Shown: positions 63,541 through 64,000 of the stretch, piece after piece
How the letters are laid out: the number at the start of each line of letters is the position of its first letter
Numbering within the stretch: the stretch's first letter is position 1
From: Squalus acanthias
Lineage: Eukaryota
DNA: 64,000 nucleotides
Assembly: GCA_030390025.1 (NCBI GenBank)
Contig: CM059431.1
Span: 109,494,001-109,558,000 of the forward strand
Direction of reading: 5' to 3'
Made by a program: the position numbers and the translations under genes
Notes under the pieces: generated by a model
Seen by the model: the letters and a program-made list of their open reading frames with translations, nothing else
Database searches by the model: none
Told to the model about the DNA's origin: nothing

Positions 63541-64000
63541 GCCCCAATGCACAGAGTTCTGGTTTGCCAAGTCAATATGCAATTCTTACAGAGGCAGCAA
63601 CCCAGCTTTAAGTGCTGGCCCCAACTTTAGGACATCAGAAGCATATTTTTGCAGGTAGCAACGAGTTCAGTGAAACCGCGGTCCCCACCCGCCACGGTAT
63701 CAGGAGTTCAGTGGTGAATACACAGGGAACTACCCACCTGATTCCATGGGCTCATACAATGATGGCAAGAGACCACCTTCTGAGCATGACATGGGGTATT
63801 GGCCTTTAGTTTCTAACTGTGGCCTAACCAATGGTTTGTATAGGCTTAGCATTACCTCTTTGCTTTTGAACTTTAAAACCTAGGATCCCTTATGCTTTTT
63901 TTTTTACAGCTTTATCAACTTGCTCCTTCCTAAAATGCTGTGAAGCCAGAGAGGGCAAATGATAGATTCTTGAATGACGATCAATTAGATTGACGATAAC

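Overview
This is vertebrate non-genic DNA, almost certainly from a cartilaginous fish (shark). That is inferred from HE1/V-SINE-like and DeuSINE-like SINEs and abundant CR1 LINEs. No host protein-coding exon could be supported. Most of the window is transposable-element debris: many CR1 3' fragments, one RTE/BovB-like LINE with a 5' inversion, Penelope-like pieces (one a 200-bp palindrome with hammerhead-ribozyme cores), several PIF/Harbinger-derived families with 3-bp target-site duplications (TSDs), and SINEs. The main find is an internally deleted endogenous foamy virus (Spumaretrovirinae-like) at 17368-20755. It has a GCCT 4-bp TSD, a 25-bp 5' LTR stub, RNase H and integrase closely resembling prototype foamy virus (PFV), an Env start with an unusually long N-terminal extension, a polypurine tract and a 1110-bp 3' LTR. 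Two related long solo-LTR-like elements (7727-9429, 10820-12173) each have their own 4-bp TSD and sit at nearly the same homologous position in two different CR1 3' ends; they show bidirectional promoter/poly(A) architecture. A repeat-free block at about 48.8-51.0 kb looks like a developmental enhancer or conserved non-coding element. All family assignments come from recalled motifs, not database searches, and repeat boundaries without a TSD are approximate.
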